Origin: an uncultured Acidobacteriota bacterium | GTDB lineage: Bacteria > Acidobacteriota > UBA6911 | Reading direction: 5' to 3' | Length of the DNA stretch: 64,000 bases | Assembly: GCA_963843575.1 (NCBI GenBank) | Contig: CAWJKZ010000013.1 | Location: forward strand, 736,001 to 800,000 | Translations under genes and position numbers: made by a program | Shown here: piece by piece, positions 9,211-17,397 of the stretch | How the letters are laid out: each line of letters opens with the position of its first letter | Numbering within the stretch: the first letter of the stretch is position 1 | Notes under the pieces: generated by a model | Databases searched by the model: none | The model's input: the letters and a program-made list of their open reading frames with translations, nothing else | What the model was told of the DNA's origin: nothing

Positions 9211-10611
9211 ATGCCAAGCACCAGCACCGCGGCGCAGGCCGCTCCTACCCTGAGGCGTGCCCTCACCCTGTGGAATCTCGTCATTATCGGGATCATCATG
9301 ATTCAGCCCATCGCGCCGATGGGCATCTACGGAGTCATCAGCAACAAGGCGCAGGGCCACGTCGTCACGACCATCCTGATCGCGATGGTGGCCATGCTCT
9401 TCACCGCCATAAGCTACGGCCGGATGGCGCGCGTTTACCCGAGCGCGGGCTCGGCCTACACCTACGTAGGCCAGGAGATTCACCCGGCGTTGGGGTACAT
9501 CACGGGCTGGAGCATGGTCATGGATTACATCCTGAACCCGCTCGTCTGCGTCGCCATCTGCTCCAAGCTGACCATGAACGTGCTGCCGATTTTCCCCTTC
9601 TACGTCTGGATCATCATCTTCGCCGCGTTTTTCACCACCATGAACCTGCGCGGCATCAAGACGTCCGCGCAATTCAACCAGTGGCTGTGTGCGGGGATGG
9701 TGGTGGTCGTCCTGATCTTCTTTGGCGTCGTGATCCGCTACATCTGGGGGCTGCACACTTACGGCCCCGACTTCTTCACGCAACCGTTCTATAACCCGCA
9801 GACATTCGACATCTGGAAGATCTTCTCCGGGACCTCCGTTGCGGTCCTGACGTACATCGGGTTCGACGGGATCTCGACCCTCTCCGAGGAGGCCGAAAAC
9901 CCGCGGCGCAACATTCTGGTGGCCACCGTGCTGGTGTGCCTGATCACGGGGGTGCTGTCGAGTCTCGAAGTCTATGCGGCCCAGCTGGTGTGGGGTTCGG
10001 AACCCTTTGCGACCGACAAGGTGGAATCCGCGTTCGTGCTGATCTCGCAGAAGGCCGGCGGGATCGTCCTGTTCCACATCATAAACTTCACTATCCTCGT
10101 CGCCAGCATCGGGTCCGGGATGGCCTCGCAGCTGGCGGCGGGGCGCCTGCTGTACGGAATGGGACGCGGCAATGCCCTGCCCAAGTCGTTTTTCGGGGTG
10201 ATCGAACCGAAGCGCCGCATTCCCCGAAACAACATCATCGCCGTCGGCGTGTTTGCGCTCTTCGGGGCCGCGCTGCTCGAGTTTCTTTCGGGAAAGCTGG
10301 GGGGCGGCGCTTTCGAAATCGGCGCCCAGGCTCTGAACTTCGGCGCGTTTATCGCTTTCATGGGGGTCAACGCTTCGGCTTTCGTCCGGCACTGGCTGAG
10401 GGCCGACCGCAAGACCCTCGGTAACCTCCTGCCGCCCGTGTTGGGTTTCCTGATCTGCGCCTTCATCTGGTGGCAGCTCAGCGTGCCGGCCAAGATCGTG
10501 GGCACGATCTGGATGACCGCCGGCATACTGTACGGCGCCATCAAGACCAAAGGGTTCCGCGGCGAACTGGTGAACTTCGATATCCCGTCGGAAGAGGTGG
10601 AAAAGGAATAG
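9211..10611 (+). CDS. APC family amino acid/polyamine permease (PuuP/PlaP-like)
   Basis: LRRALTLW, SYGRMARVYPSAGSAYTY, YIGFDGISTLSEE, RLLYGMGR; about 12 TM segments. Confidence 0.9.
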   Translation: MPSTSTAAQAAPTLRRALTLWNLVIIGIIMIQPIAPMGIYGVISNKAQGHVVTTILIAMVAMLFTAISYGRMARVYPSAGSAYTYVGQEIHPALGYITGWSMVMDYILNPLVCVAICSKLTMNVLPIFPFYVWIIIFAAFFTTMNLRGIKTSAQFNQWLCAGMVVVVLIFFGVVIRYIWGLHTYGPDFFTQPFYNPQTFDIWKIFSGTSVAVLTYIGFDGISTLSEEAENPRRNILVATVLVCLITGVLSSLEVYAAQLVWGSEPFATDKVESAFVLISQKAGGIVLFHIINFTILVASIGSGMASQLAAGRLLYGMGRGNALPKSFFGVIEPKRRIPRNNIIAVGVFALFGAALLEFLSGKLGGGAFEIGAQALNFGAFIAFMGVNASAFVRHWLRADRKTLGNLLPPVLGFLICAFIWWQLSVPAKIVGTIWMTAGILYGAIKTKGFRGELVNFDIPSEEVEKE

Positions 10612-10630
10612 CGCCGGCTGACCGGGACCG

Positions 10631-10657
10631 GGGCCGCGTCGGCCCGACGCGGCCCAC
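10631..10657 (-). repeat. REP-like hairpin, family B, copy 1
   Basis: On the minus strand GTGG-GCCGCGTCGG-G-CCGACGCGGC; near-identical hairpins at 45694 and 52834. Confidence 0.55.
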
Positions 10658-10667
10658 TTGTCTTACA

Positions 10668-10985
10668 TTACCGCAGCAGCAGGACCCCGAGTGCGACCGT
10701 CAGGAGCGTCAGGGGGAAACCTACCCTGAAGTACTCCATAAACGAAATCCGGACGTCGTCCCGGGTGGCTTCGAGCACGATGAGGTTGGCGACGGACCCG
10801 ATGATGGTGAGGTTCCCGGCAAGGGTCGATGCCATGGCCAGCAGGAGCCACAGGTGGTGCGCGTCGGCTTGCCCCTGGACCAGCGGCGTGTAGAGCATCA
10901 CGGCCGGCACGTTGCTCACTAGGTTCGAGACCACGCCGACGGCCGCAGAGAAGCCTACCGAGGCCGCGTGAAGAAACTCCTTGCC
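10668..10985 (-). pseudogene. C-terminal fragment of an ArsB/NhaD/SLC13-like (YbiR-type) anion transporter
   Basis: SNLVSNVPAVML...LAMASTLAGNLTIIGSVANLIV...ISFMEYFRVGFP is the family C-terminus. Only about 100 codons remain; upstream is unrelated AT-richer sequence. Confidence 0.75.
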
Positions 10986-11043
10986 GCCGTCGGGATCTAT
11001 TGGTACATAGAAAGGCTTTTCAAAAGGAGACCGGGAAGAGCCG

Positions 11044-11289
11044 ATGATCACGCACGAACTGATACGCGAACTGCTGCAGGATGACCTGAAAGACATCCAG
11101 GATATTGCGGAGTGCGTTCCGAACGAAATCGTCTACAAGGCGCTGATCATCCGCGAGTACATGAAGGAGCACGGCATCGAGGATCCGAGGGTGGGTATCC
11201 GCGAGTTCCACGCCTACGAACGCGACCGCCTGCAGCAACTGGGTCTCGGCCAAAAGATCCGCAGCGCCCAATCGGCTTCAAACAACTGA
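11044..11289 (+). CDS. Small hypothetical protein (81 aa)
   Basis: Coding-like codon usage and composition, purine-rich upstream region; no recognised domain. Confidence 0.55.
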   Translation: MITHELIRELLQDDLKDIQDIAECVPNEIVYKALIIREYMKEHGIEDPRVGIREFHAYERDRLQQLGLGQKIRSAQSASNN

Positions 11290-11402
11290 AACAGTGCGGT
11301 CGCGGCCAGTCGGCGCGCGGCCGCCGGCATATTCGCCGGATCCCCTGATTCCTCCGGCAGTTCGATCGGGTGGACCAGCCTGCTCCCGCGCGATCCCCCC
11401 CC

Positions 11403-11441
11403 TTAACGAAATCTTAACGTAACGCTCGCCTCAACCTCACA
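11403..11441 (+). promoter_or_regulatory. PHO-box-like direct repeats upstream of pstS
   Basis: TTAACG at 11403 and 11414, weaker CTCGCC at 11425 and CTCACA at 11436: an 11-bp period, as for PhoB/PhoP boxes. Confidence 0.65.
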
Positions 11442-11475
11442 TGGCCGGGATAAAACTAGGCCTGGAGGTGTGGCG

Positions 11476-12328
11476 GTGCACAAGCTGATTGTGTGTCTGG
11501 TCGTTTTGACGGGGATTCTTCTCTCAGGTTGCGGCGGGTCGGACGCGGGCGGCAACGCCGCCGTCGTGACCGTCAAGGGCTCCGACACGATGGTCATTCT
11601 TGGCCAACGCTGGGCGGAAGCCTACATGGGCGCTCATCCCGGGTCGCGCATCCAGGTTACCGGCGGGGGGTCGGGCACGGGTATCGCTGCACTCATCAAC
11701 GGCGGCACCGACATTTGCGAAGCTTCCCGGCCGATGAAGGAGAAGGAGAAGGAGCAGGCGCGGGCCCGGCACGGGAAAGAGGTCAGAGAGATGCCGGTGG
11801 CACTCGACGGCATCGGGGTCTACGTACACCACTCTTCTACGATCAAGGATCTGACCCCGGCCCAGCTGAAAGGGATCTACACCGGCAGGATCACCAACTG
11901 GCGAGACATCGGCGGGCCTGACCAGCGGATCGTCCCGTACAGCCGCGAGAACAACTCCGGCACGTACGTCTTCTTCAAGGAGCACGTCCTGGGCAACGAG
12001 GACTTTGCCCGCGAGATCCAGACCCTCCCCGGCACCGCCGCCGTCGTCAACGCGGTGTCGAAAGACCCGGCCTCCATTGGTTACGGCGGCATCGCTTATG
12101 CCCATGATATCCGCGCCGTCCCGATCCGGAGCGACGAGAACGCCGCCGCCGGTCGAAGTTTCGCTCCGAACGGTCCAGGACGGATCATACCCTCTTTCCC
12201 GCAACCTGTATTTTTACACGCTCGGCGAGCCGCAGGGCGAAGAGAAGAACTTCATCGATTGGGTGTTGAGCCCGGAAGGTCAAAAGATATGCGAAGCGGT
12301 GGGGTACTATCCGCTGGTCAGGAAATGA
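11476..12328 (+). CDS. pstS: Phosphate ABC transporter substrate-binding lipoprotein; one extra base near 12150
   Basis: Lipobox LSGC, KGSDTM, GGGSGTGI, RENNSGT. The C-terminus (GSYPLSRNLYFY...FIDWVLSPEGQKI) lies in the +1 frame, ending at TGA 12328, which overlaps the pstC ATG. Confidence 0.9.
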
Positions 12329-13290
12329 CCGCCGGGTCGTTTCCCTCCTCTCGGGGCAGGGACGCGCTTGCCGATCGGATTGCGAGTGTTCTCATCAAGG
12401 GGAGCGCCTTCGTGGCCATTCTCTCCCTGATCCTGATCTTCGTGTTTATCGGCAAGGAAGCCCTCCCCATTTTCACCTCCCCGGAGGTCCGCCTGGAAGC
12501 CGACCTGCACAGGCTGTTCGTGCCCCAGGTGTCCCGGGACGGCGAGCCGACCGAATACACCTGGCAGCCGGTTTCCTCGATACCGAAGTACTCGCTGCTT
12601 CCGCTGCTGGTGGGGACCCTGAAGGTGACGATCATTGCGATCGGGCTGGCGATCCCGCTTGCCGTCGCGGCGGCGCTGTACACATCGGAGTTTGCCCATC
12701 CGTGGGCGCGAGAGCTGATCAAGCCGGCCATCGAACTCCTGGCCGGCATCCCGAGCGTCGTCGTCGGTTTCTTCTGTCTCATGGTCGTGGCCGGATGGCT
12801 GCATAGCGTCTTTGGCTGGACGTACCGCTTGAACGCGGTCACGGCGGGGATCGGCTTGGCGCTGGCGGTGATCCCGATCGTGTACACCGTTTCCGAGGAC
12901 GCCTTCTCATCCGTTCCCCAGACGTACCGGGAGGGATCGCTGGCGATGGGTGCCTCGGGATGGCAGACGTCTTGGCGGGTGGTGCTGCCCTCGGCGATGC
13001 CGGGCGTTCTCGCCGCCTGTGTGCTGGGGTTCGGCCGCGCGATCGGCGAAACCATGATCGTGCTCATGGCCTCCGGCAACGCGGCCGTTCTGTCGCTGTC
13101 GCCGACGGATTCCATCCGCACCTTTTCGGCGACGATTGCGGCCGAACTCGGCGAAGTGGTTGTCGGCAGCGCGCACTACCACGTGTTGTTTTTTATCGGG
13201 GCCTTCCTCTTCGTCCTGACCTTCGCGATCAACCTGTTCGGCCACTGGTGGGTTGGCCGGCTGCAGAAGAAGCTGCAGGGGGCGGTCTAG
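12325..13290 (+). CDS. pstC: Phosphate ABC transporter permease PstC
   Basis: ELLAGIPSVVVG, EGSLAMGA, LGFGRAIGETMIVLM; ATGA overlap with pstS. Confidence 0.92.
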   Translation: MTAGSFPSSRGRDALADRIASVLIKGSAFVAILSLILIFVFIGKEALPIFTSPEVRLEADLHRLFVPQVSRDGEPTEYTWQPVSSIPKYSLLPLLVGTLKVTIIAIGLAIPLAVAAALYTSEFAHPWARELIKPAIELLAGIPSVVVGFFCLMVVAGWLHSVFGWTYRLNAVTAGIGLALAVIPIVYTVSEDAFSSVPQTYREGSLAMGASGWQTSWRVVLPSAMPGVLAACVLGFGRAIGETMIVLMASGNAAVLSLSPTDSIRTFSATIAAELGEVVVGSAHYHVLFFIGAFLFVLTFAINLFGHWWVGRLQKKLQGAV

Positions 13291-13291
13291 C

Positions 13292-14200
13292 ATGCTGAAC
13301 CGGACTAGGATCGCCGGCGGCCTTCTGCAATCGCTCTCGGCGCTGGCGTGCGTCATCATCGTGGCGATGGTCGCCGTTGTCCTCGGGAACATCCTGATCC
13401 ATGGCGTGCAACGCCTCAGCCTGGATTTTCTCACCAAGGCTCCTGCGGAAGGCATGACCGGCGGCGGCATTTTCCCGGCCATCTTCGGGACCTTCGCCCT
13501 GGTCCTGCTGATGACGATCGCGGTGATCCCGCTCGGGGTGGCGACCGCAGTCTACATGCACGAGTATGCGCCGAAACGGTCGCGCGTGGTCCAGCTGGTG
13601 CGGCTCGCGATCCAGAACCTCGCCGGCGTCCCCGCCATCGTGTTCGGCTTGTTCGGCCTCGGTTTCTTCATCGAGTTCATAGGGCGCGGCATCGACCGAG
13701 CCTTTTACGGGGGGCGGCTGCTGTTCGGCCAGCCGGCTATCATCTGGGCCGCGCTCACGATGGCGCTCCTCACCCTCCCCACGGTGGTCGTAGCCACCGA
13801 GGAGGCGCTGAGGGCCATTCCACAGAGTTACCGTGAGGTCGCCTACTCCCTGGGCGCGACCCGCTGGCAGCTGATCCGGCGGATCGTGCTGCCGCAGGCG
13901 GTCGGTGGCATCCTCACCGGCGGTATTCTCGCCATCAGCCGCGGTTCGGGCGAGGTCGCCCCGGTCATGTTCACGGGGGCCGCCTATTTCCTGCCCGAGC
14001 TCCCGACGAAGCTCCACGACCAGTTCATGGAGTTGGGCTACCACGTGTACGTCATGACCACGCAGTCGCCCGACGTCGAGGCGACGAAACCGATTCTCTA
14101 CTCGACGGTGCTGGTGCTTCTGGCCCTGACGTTCTTGCTGAATTTCACTGCCGTCATCATACGCGCCCACATCCGCAAGAGGCTCCGGCATGCCCGCTGA
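13292..14200 (+). CDS. pstA: Phosphate ABC transporter permease PstA
   Basis: GGIFPAIFGT, NLAGVPAIVFGLFG, EEALRAIP, RGSGEVAP. Confidence 0.92.
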   Translation: MLNRTRIAGGLLQSLSALACVIIVAMVAVVLGNILIHGVQRLSLDFLTKAPAEGMTGGGIFPAIFGTFALVLLMTIAVIPLGVATAVYMHEYAPKRSRVVQLVRLAIQNLAGVPAIVFGLFGLGFFIEFIGRGIDRAFYGGRLLFGQPAIIWAALTMALLTLPTVVVATEEALRAIPQSYREVAYSLGATRWQLIRRIVLPQAVGGILTGGILAISRGSGEVAPVMFTGAAYFLPELPTKLHDQFMELGYHVYVMTTQSPDVEATKPILYSTVLVLLALTFLLNFTAVIIRAHIRKRLRHAR

Positions 14201-14960
14201 GGTGGCACGCCGCACGCTGGTCCGTGCGGAAGGCCTGTCTGTTCGCGCGGACGGCCGCGAAGTGCTCAAGGACATAACGCTGGACGCGCGCCGGGGCGAG
14301 ATCCTCTCGATCATCGGCCCCGCGGGGGCGGGCAAGACCACCTTTCTGCGCTGCCTGAACCGCATGGCGGAGCTCGACCCGGACCTGGAGATGTCCGGCA
14401 GGATCCTGCTCGACGGCCGCTCGATCCACGACGGTGCCGTCGATGTCGCCAGCCTCAGGCGGCAGGTCGGGATGGTCTTTTCCGTCCCGATTCCGCTGCC
14501 CATGTCGATCCGCGACAACCTCACCTTCGGCCTCCGGCTGTCGGGACACCCGCGGGACAGGCAGGCGGAGCGGGTGGAGAGCGCTCTGCGCGCGGCCTAT
14601 CTCTGGGACGAGGTAAAGGATCGCCTCGACGAGCCGGCGCGCAATCTCTCCGGCGGCCAGCAGCAGCGGCTGTGCCTGGCCCGCACCCTGACGCTGGAGC
14701 CGAAGGTCCTGCAGTTGGACGAGCCCACCTCGGGACTCGACCCGATCTCCACCGCGAGGATCGAGGAGGCTCTGCAGCAGCTCAAGTCAAACCTCGCCGT
14801 CATCCTGGTGACCAACAACGTCAAGCAGGCGGCGCGGGCCTCCGACAGGACGGCTTTCTTCCTGTTCGGCGAGCTGGTCGAGTACGGCGACACCGAGGGG
14901 TTGTTCACCCTTCCGCGCGACAAGCGCACGGCGGACTACATCTCGGGGCGGTTCGGATAG
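14190..14960 (+). CDS. pstB: PstB-like ATP-binding subunit, copy 1 (degenerate A-, Q- and H-loops)
   Basis: GPAGAGKT, LSGGQQQR, LDEP, DYISGRFG; but VFSVP replaces VFQ and VTNN replaces VTHN. Confidence 0.88.
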   Translation: MPAEVARRTLVRAEGLSVRADGREVLKDITLDARRGEILSIIGPAGAGKTTFLRCLNRMAELDPDLEMSGRILLDGRSIHDGAVDVASLRRQVGMVFSVPIPLPMSIRDNLTFGLRLSGHPRDRQAERVESALRAAYLWDEVKDRLDEPARNLSGGQQQRLCLARTLTLEPKVLQLDEPTSGLDPISTARIEEALQQLKSNLAVILVTNNVKQAARASDRTAFFLFGELVEYGDTEGLFTLPRDKRTADYISGRFG

Positions 14961-14964
14961 CCAC

Positions 14965-15750
14965 ATGCACATCCCTGTTGACGAACCCTCCACATCGACG
15001 CCGAAGCTGGAGACCCGGTCGCTCGACCTGTGGTACGGGCCTTTCCACGCCTTGAAAGGAATCGGCCTGGCGATAAGGCCCCGGGCCATCACCTCGATCA
15101 TCGGGCCGTCCGGGTGCGGCAAATCGACGCTGCTGCGCGTCTTCAACCGCATGAACGAAACCATCCCCGGGGTGCGGATCGCGGGGGAGGTGATGCTGGA
15201 CGGCGTGTCCATCCTCGGGTCGGGCGTCGACCTCCAGAGCTTGCGCAAGCGCGTGGGGATGGTGTTCCAGCGCCCGAACCCGTTCCCCTTGTCGGTCTTC
15301 GAGAACGTCGCGTACGGGCCCAAGATCCACAACCTCCGGGGCCGCGACGGGATCGCCGCGCGCGTCGAGAACGCCCTGCGCCAGACGGGGCTCTGGGACA
15401 CGCTGAAGGACCGGCTCGACACCTCCGCCCTGTCGCTGGCGCCGGAACAGCAGCAGCGGATCTGCATCTCGCGCCTGCTGGCGGTCGAGCCGGAGGTGCT
15501 GCTGATGGACGAACCCTGCTCCGCCCTCGACCCGATCGCCACGGCGCGCATCGAAGAACTGATGATCCAGCTGAAGACGCAGTACACCATCGTGATTGTC
15601 ACCCACAACATGCAGCAGGCCGCCCGCGTATCGGACGACACCGCCTACATGCTGCTCGGAGATCTCATCGAGGTGGGGGAAACCCAGGCGGTGTTCACCC
15701 GTCCCTCCGACCCCCGCACCGAGCAGTACATTTCAGGGAGATTCGGCTAG
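14965..15750 (+). CDS. pstB: PstB ATP-binding subunit, copy 2 (degenerate signature motif)
   Basis: WYG A-loop, GPSGCGKST, VFQRPNPF, MDEP, VTHN; signature reads LAPEQQQR. Confidence 0.9.
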   Translation: MHIPVDEPSTSTPKLETRSLDLWYGPFHALKGIGLAIRPRAITSIIGPSGCGKSTLLRVFNRMNETIPGVRIAGEVMLDGVSILGSGVDLQSLRKRVGMVFQRPNPFPLSVFENVAYGPKIHNLRGRDGIAARVENALRQTGLWDTLKDRLDTSALSLAPEQQQRICISRLLAVEPEVLLMDEPCSALDPIATARIEELMIQLKTQYTIVIVTHNMQQAARVSDDTAYMLLGDLIEVGETQAVFTRPSDPRTEQYISGRFG

Positions 15751-16458
15751 ATGCAACGCCATTTCGACGACCAGATGCAGGACCTGCTGCAGCGCCTCCT
15801 GCTCATGGGGCGCCATGCGGAATCGATGATTCAGATCGCGATGCGTTCCCTCATCGAGCGCGACGAGTCGCTCGCGGCCGAGGTGCACCGCAAGGAACTC
15901 GAGGTGAACGCCCTGCAGATCGAGATCGACGACCGCGCGGTGAAGCTCACCGCGCTCCAGCAGCCGGTGGCGAGCGACGTGCGGTTTCTCTTCATGGCGT
16001 CCCGCATCACGACCGAGCTCGAACGCATCGCGGACCAGGCGGTCAACATCTGCCAGAGCACCCACCACGTCCTCAAGTCGCCGCCCCTGAAACCGATCGT
16101 CGACCTGCCGCTGATGTGTCAGATGGCCGAGAAGATGGTGCGCGACGCCCTCGACGCCCTCGTGCGCAGGGACTGCAGCCTCGCCGAGCAGGTGCTCCAG
16201 GACGAAGACACCGTTGATGCGTTCCGCAACCAGATCTTCCGGGTGCTGCTCACCTACATGATGGCCGACCCGGGCACCATCGAGCGGGCGCTCTCCCTCA
16301 TCCTGATTTCCCGCAACCTCGAGCGCATCGGCGACCACGCTACCAATATCGCCGAGGAGGTGATATACCTCGTCGAGGGTCGCGAGGTCCGCCACCGGCG
16401 CGAGAGCATGACCCGCATGGATTCCGGCGACGCGCCGGCGTCTGCCGAACCGAGCTGA
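15751..16458 (+). CDS. phoU: Phosphate signalling protein PhoU
   Basis: Two PhoU repeats: QPVASDVR...ELERIADQAVNI and NLERIGDHATNIAE. Confidence 0.93.
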   Translation: MQRHFDDQMQDLLQRLLLMGRHAESMIQIAMRSLIERDESLAAEVHRKELEVNALQIEIDDRAVKLTALQQPVASDVRFLFMASRITTELERIADQAVNICQSTHHVLKSPPLKPIVDLPLMCQMAEKMVRDALDALVRRDCSLAEQVLQDEDTVDAFRNQIFRVLLTYMMADPGTIERALSLILISRNLERIGDHATNIAEEVIYLVEGREVRHRRESMTRMDSGDAPASAEPS

Positions 16459-16468
16459 CAGGAGCGGT

Positions 16469-17167
16469 ATGGCCCGCGGAACGGTCTTGGTCATCGATGA
16501 CGAAAGGGATCTCGTCGAGCTGGTCCGGTACAACCTGGAAAAGGAAGGATTCCGGGTGATCTCGGCGTTCGACGGCGAGGCCGGGGTCGCCCTCGCCTCC
16601 CGGGAGCAGCCCGATCTCGTGCTGGTCGACCTGATGCTGCCCGGCATCGACGGCCTCGAGGTGTGCGGGCGTTTGCGTGCAAACGAGCGCACGGCGGGCA
16701 TCGCACTCGTCATGCTCACCGCAAAATCGTCCGAACCCGACCGCGTCGTGGGCCTCGAAATGGGGGCCGACGACTACGTGACGAAGCCTTTCAGCCCGCG
16801 CGAACTGGCGGCCAGGGTCAAGGCGGTCCTCCGCCGCACCTCCCCGCAAAAGCCCAACAACGACCTGGTCCGCTACGGCGCCCTGACGGTCGATTCCACG
16901 CGCCACGAAGTTACTTGCGGCGGCCGGGGGGTTACCCTCACGGCCACCGAATTCAGGCTCCTGCACTTGCTCGCCAGCCGCCCCGGCAGGGTCTTCTCGC
17001 GTGCCGAGATTATCGACGGCGCGCTGGGCCGCGACATCGTCGTCCTGGACCGCACGGTCGACGTGCATGTCATGTCGTTGCGCCGGAAACTGGGGCCCTG
17101 CGGCCACTGGATCGAGACCGTGCGCGGCTTCGGCTACAAGTTCCGCGAAGAAGACGGCGAGCGGTAA
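16469..17167 (+). CDS. phoB: OmpR-family response regulator PhoB/PhoP
   Basis: REC domain (VDLMLPG, GADDYVTKPFS) plus winged helix (RTVDVHVMSLRRKL, IETVRGFGY); follows phoU. Confidence 0.88.
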   Translation: MARGTVLVIDDERDLVELVRYNLEKEGFRVISAFDGEAGVALASREQPDLVLVDLMLPGIDGLEVCGRLRANERTAGIALVMLTAKSSEPDRVVGLEMGADDYVTKPFSPRELAARVKAVLRRTSPQKPNNDLVRYGALTVDSTRHEVTCGGRGVTLTATEFRLLHLLASRPGRVFSRAEIIDGALGRDIVVLDRTVDVHVMSLRRKLGPCGHWIETVRGFGYKFREEDGER

Positions 17168-17179
17168 CACCGCTCCGTC

Positions 17180-17240
17180 TTCACCGAACCTGAACATAAC
17201 GCCTGCAGACTCTTAATCCTCCGGTAATACAGCCTTAACA
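17180..17240 (+). promoter_or_regulatory. Extended PHO-box-like array upstream of the TonB-dependent transporter
   Basis: TTCACC 17180, TGAACA 17191, TTAATC 17213, GTAATA 17224, TTAACA 17235: all on one 11-bp register. Confidence 0.65.
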
Positions 17241-17397
17241 CAAGAACCGCATCCTGCTGTGGGCGGGACCGGCTCGTTCCCGCCCCGAGCGCAACAGCCC
17301 GGGGACGAAGGAAACAGGCCCCGGCATGCAGGATTCGCGGGCCGCGTCGAGCCGCCGCGGTTCACTTGGGTCCCCCCGGGGACTTGGAGGATTCGGA

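Noticed and set aside
11470-13290. Apparent 606-aa PstS-PstC fusion
   Set aside because: The PstS C-terminus lies in the +1 frame and ends in an ATGA overlap with pstC; one extra base near 12150 explains the read-through.
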